Below the pieces are notes generated by a model that ran no database searches, was not told the origin of the DNA, and worked only from the letters and a program-made list of their open reading frames with translations. Position numbers and translations under genes: made by a program. Of a DNA stretch of 64,000 bases, positions 62,179 to 64,000 are shown piece by piece. Source of the DNA: Candidatus Magasanikiibacteriota bacterium (GTDB lineage: Bacteria; Patescibacteriota; Patescibacteriia; Magasanikbacterales; GWA2-37-8); the NCBI GenBank assembly GCA_036744835.1, contig DAIOHD010000001.1, forward strand, positions 951 to 64,950, read 5' to 3'. The first letter of the stretch is position 1, and the number at the start of each line of letters is the position of its first letter.

Positions 62179-63293
62179 TAATAAGCCAAAATACTAAAAT
62201 CAACCAAATCTATTTTTTTATCACCGCTAAGTTGGGTCGCTTCAATTTCTAAAAATTGTTGTGAAATGGAACGTTTATACCAATAAGCAGTAATAGAAAA
62301 ATCTATTAAATTAACTCTACAATCGTTATTCACGTCTCCTTTTTGTGGACAACGCGGATCTTTTTCTACAGGCTTTTCAATAGTTTTAGTTCCAACTATA
62401 AAAGGGTAGTTGTTGGTAAAGGGACTTTCGTTTAAATTTAATCTAGCTTTTATTTTTATTTCATAAGACCCTTCAATCAAAGAAGATGTATCTAGATTGT
62501 ACAAATAATAACCGTCATTATTTGCAGTTGTTTGAAAATTTGTAATTGCTCCGGTTTCTTTGTTTATGATTTCTAAAATTATTGTAGAATTTGGTGCACT
62601 GTAGCCATAAAAAGGCAAAGGTTCGCCTTGTTTTACTTCTTGAAGATCATAATAAACTGTTGGAGGAATAAAGATGGCATTTATTTGATAAGTATTTCCT
62701 GAAACTATTGTTAAAGGAAAAACTAATTGAGTGGAGTATCCTCCTTTAATATCTTGGGCATAAAGAATAAAACGATAATTTCCTTCAGTAACAGAAGTGA
62801 GGGTATGGTTGAAAATTCCTGTAGAACTAGCAAAAAAAGTATTTAACAAAACTCCATCACGAAGTAAAAATATTTTAGCGCCAGGGTAGGCTATTCCAGA
62901 AAAATTTACCGTTGCCAAGACAATAGGCGTAGATCCTCCACCACCTCCGCCACCACCTCCACCACCACAAGCAGAACAATGTATTCCACCGCAGTCTATA
63001 CCAATTTCATCACAGTTTTTAATCCCGTCTGAACAATGTCCAGCGACAGTGTCACAAATATTTGGTGTAGTCCCAGTAACAAACATGGTTAGACCAGAAT
63101 CGACAATATAATTTGGGCTAGTTGCGCGTCCGACAAAAGGATCGCCGGCTCCTCCGCGTAGACTATAAATTGAAGAATTTGATTGAAAATAAGTCGTACC
63201 AAAAGAATTTCTGTCCAAGACAACAGCAAAAACACCCTCAAAGATAAAAAGGGATAAAAATAGTAAAACAGTTAACTTAACAAAAAAATTCAT
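62166..63293 (-). CDS. Secreted Gly-linker protein with a C-terminal dockerin-like double repeat
   Basis: 375 aa: signal peptide, Cys-rich segment, G11S linker, beta-rich domain, then C-terminal GDVNNDCRVNLIDFSI and GDKKIDLVDFSILAYYW, which are two Ca-binding dockerin-type repeats (D.N.D..V...D). Confidence 0.5.
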   Translation of the reverse strand: MNFFVKLTVLLFLSLFIFEGVFAVVLDRNSFGTTYFQSNSSIYSLRGGAGDPFVGRATSPNYIVDSGLTMFVTGTTPNICDTVAGHCSDGIKNCDEIGIDCGGIHCSACGGGGGGGGGGGSTPIVLATVNFSGIAYPGAKIFLLRDGVLLNTFFASSTGIFNHTLTSVTEGNYRFILYAQDIKGGYSTQLVFPLTIVSGNTYQINAIFIPPTVYYDLQEVKQGEPLPFYGYSAPNSTIILEIINKETGAITNFQTTANNDGYYLYNLDTSSLIEGSYEIKIKARLNLNESPFTNNYPFIVGTKTIEKPVEKDPRCPQKGDVNNDCRVNLIDFSITAYWYKRSISQQFLEIEATQLSGDKKIDLVDFSILAYYWTG

Positions 63294-63446
63294 AACTGAA
63301 AATTTGTTTGTTTTTATATTATAAACTATTTTGGATTTTTATACAAAAAATTTGATATTTTAACTTATCCACAGGTTATACACAATTACTTTATTTAGCG
63401 TTTTTTTAGAGAAAAAATTATGATATAATAATATAGTATAAAAATT

Positions 63447-64000
63447 ATGAAATATTGGAGGGTCAAAAATTTATTTCCCTCATTTAGTCTTCTGAAAAGA
63501 AAACAACAGATGGCTTTGTTTTTTGTATTATTTATTGGATTTTTTATATATTTTATTACTGAAACAAAAGCGCTCCCGGATATAATTAATTATCAGGGTA
63601 GGTTAAGAAATAATTCTGGGGTGCCAATTACTGTTTCCACCACTATTCAATTTTCTCTTTATAATCATACAGTCTCAGGGACACCCGGGGATGTTCCTAG
63701 TTCAGCCGGCCCTCTTCTGTGGGCTGAGATTTACAATGGTAGTACCAGTGATTGTGCTCAAATCAAACCTGATGATCAGGGATATTTTGTTGTAAATTTA
63801 GGAACTTGCATGGCAATTCCAAGCTATTTATATTTTAATACGGGAACATATTATCTAGCAGTTAAAGTAGGAACAGATAGTGAAGCTACACCGCGTATGA
63901 TTTTGGGAAAACATCCATATGCTTTTAACTCCGATAGAGTAGATGGTCTTCATGCAACAACTACAGCCGCACCAAATCAACTATTAGCCTTGGATAATTA
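63447..64000 (+). CDS. Secreted/membrane hypothetical protein, 3'-truncated by the window edge
   Basis: Open frame from ATG 63447 (alternatively the MALFFVLFIG internal start) with a hydrophobic signal-like segment. No stop before the window end. Confidence 0.35.
   Translation, partial: MKYWRVKNLFPSFSLLKRKQQMALFFVLFIGFFIYFITETKALPDIINYQGRLRNNSGVPITVSTTIQFSLYNHTVSGTPGDVPSSAGPLLWAEIYNGSTSDCAQIKPDDQGYFVVNLGTCMAIPSYLYFNTGTYYLAVKVGTDSEATPRMILGKHPYAFNSDRVDGLHATTTAAPNQLLALDN

Noticed and set aside
1-64000. CRISPR array, rRNA genes, integrase/transposase genes
   Set aside because: No array of regularly spaced direct repeats with unique spacers, no rRNA-like conserved stretches, and no ORF with recombinase or DDE motifs were seen. 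The repeats present are hairpin/MITE-like, not CRISPR-like.

Overview
This is a 64 kb chromosomal segment with low GC (roughly 33-35%), densely packed genes, and mostly no Shine-Dalgarno motifs. It is probably from a Patescibacteria/CPR-type bacterium or a similarly reduced-genome lineage, and it uses the standard genetic code (rpoB, rpoC and ileS give long intact ORFs with TGA as a stop). Recognisable housekeeping genes include a partial gdh, recA, ftsK, rpoB-rpoC, yebC-ruvC, ruvA, trxB, rpe-rpiB, ileS, trpS, gatB, rplA, rlmH, tgt, a uvrD-type helicase and one tRNA-Arg(UCG). Noteworthy accessory content: (1) a roughly 9 kb minus-strand operon for thymidylate and dNTP-pool metabolism (dCMP deaminase, P-loop kinase, CYTH, dut, tandem-domain thyX, tmk, membrane protein, gatB, HD dNTPase-like). 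(2) Two roughly 200-nt structured small-RNA candidates, each with a consensus sigma70 promoter and an intrinsic terminator. (3) A T-box-like leader upstream of ileS. (4) At least three families of hairpin/MITE-like intergenic repeats, plus heptad GTATNNA tandem arrays upstream of several genes. (5) Three GC-elevated patches whose genes have strong Shine-Dalgarno sites in a genome that otherwise lacks them; one patch lies next to the tRNA, which carries duplicated 3'-end fragments. (6) A three-gene minus-strand operon encoding a dockerin-like secreted protein and two paralogous cohesin-like, C-terminally anchored surface proteins. No CRISPR array, rRNA, or obvious integrase/transposase was seen. 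All calls come from reading the supplied sequence and ORF translations; nothing was searched against a database.
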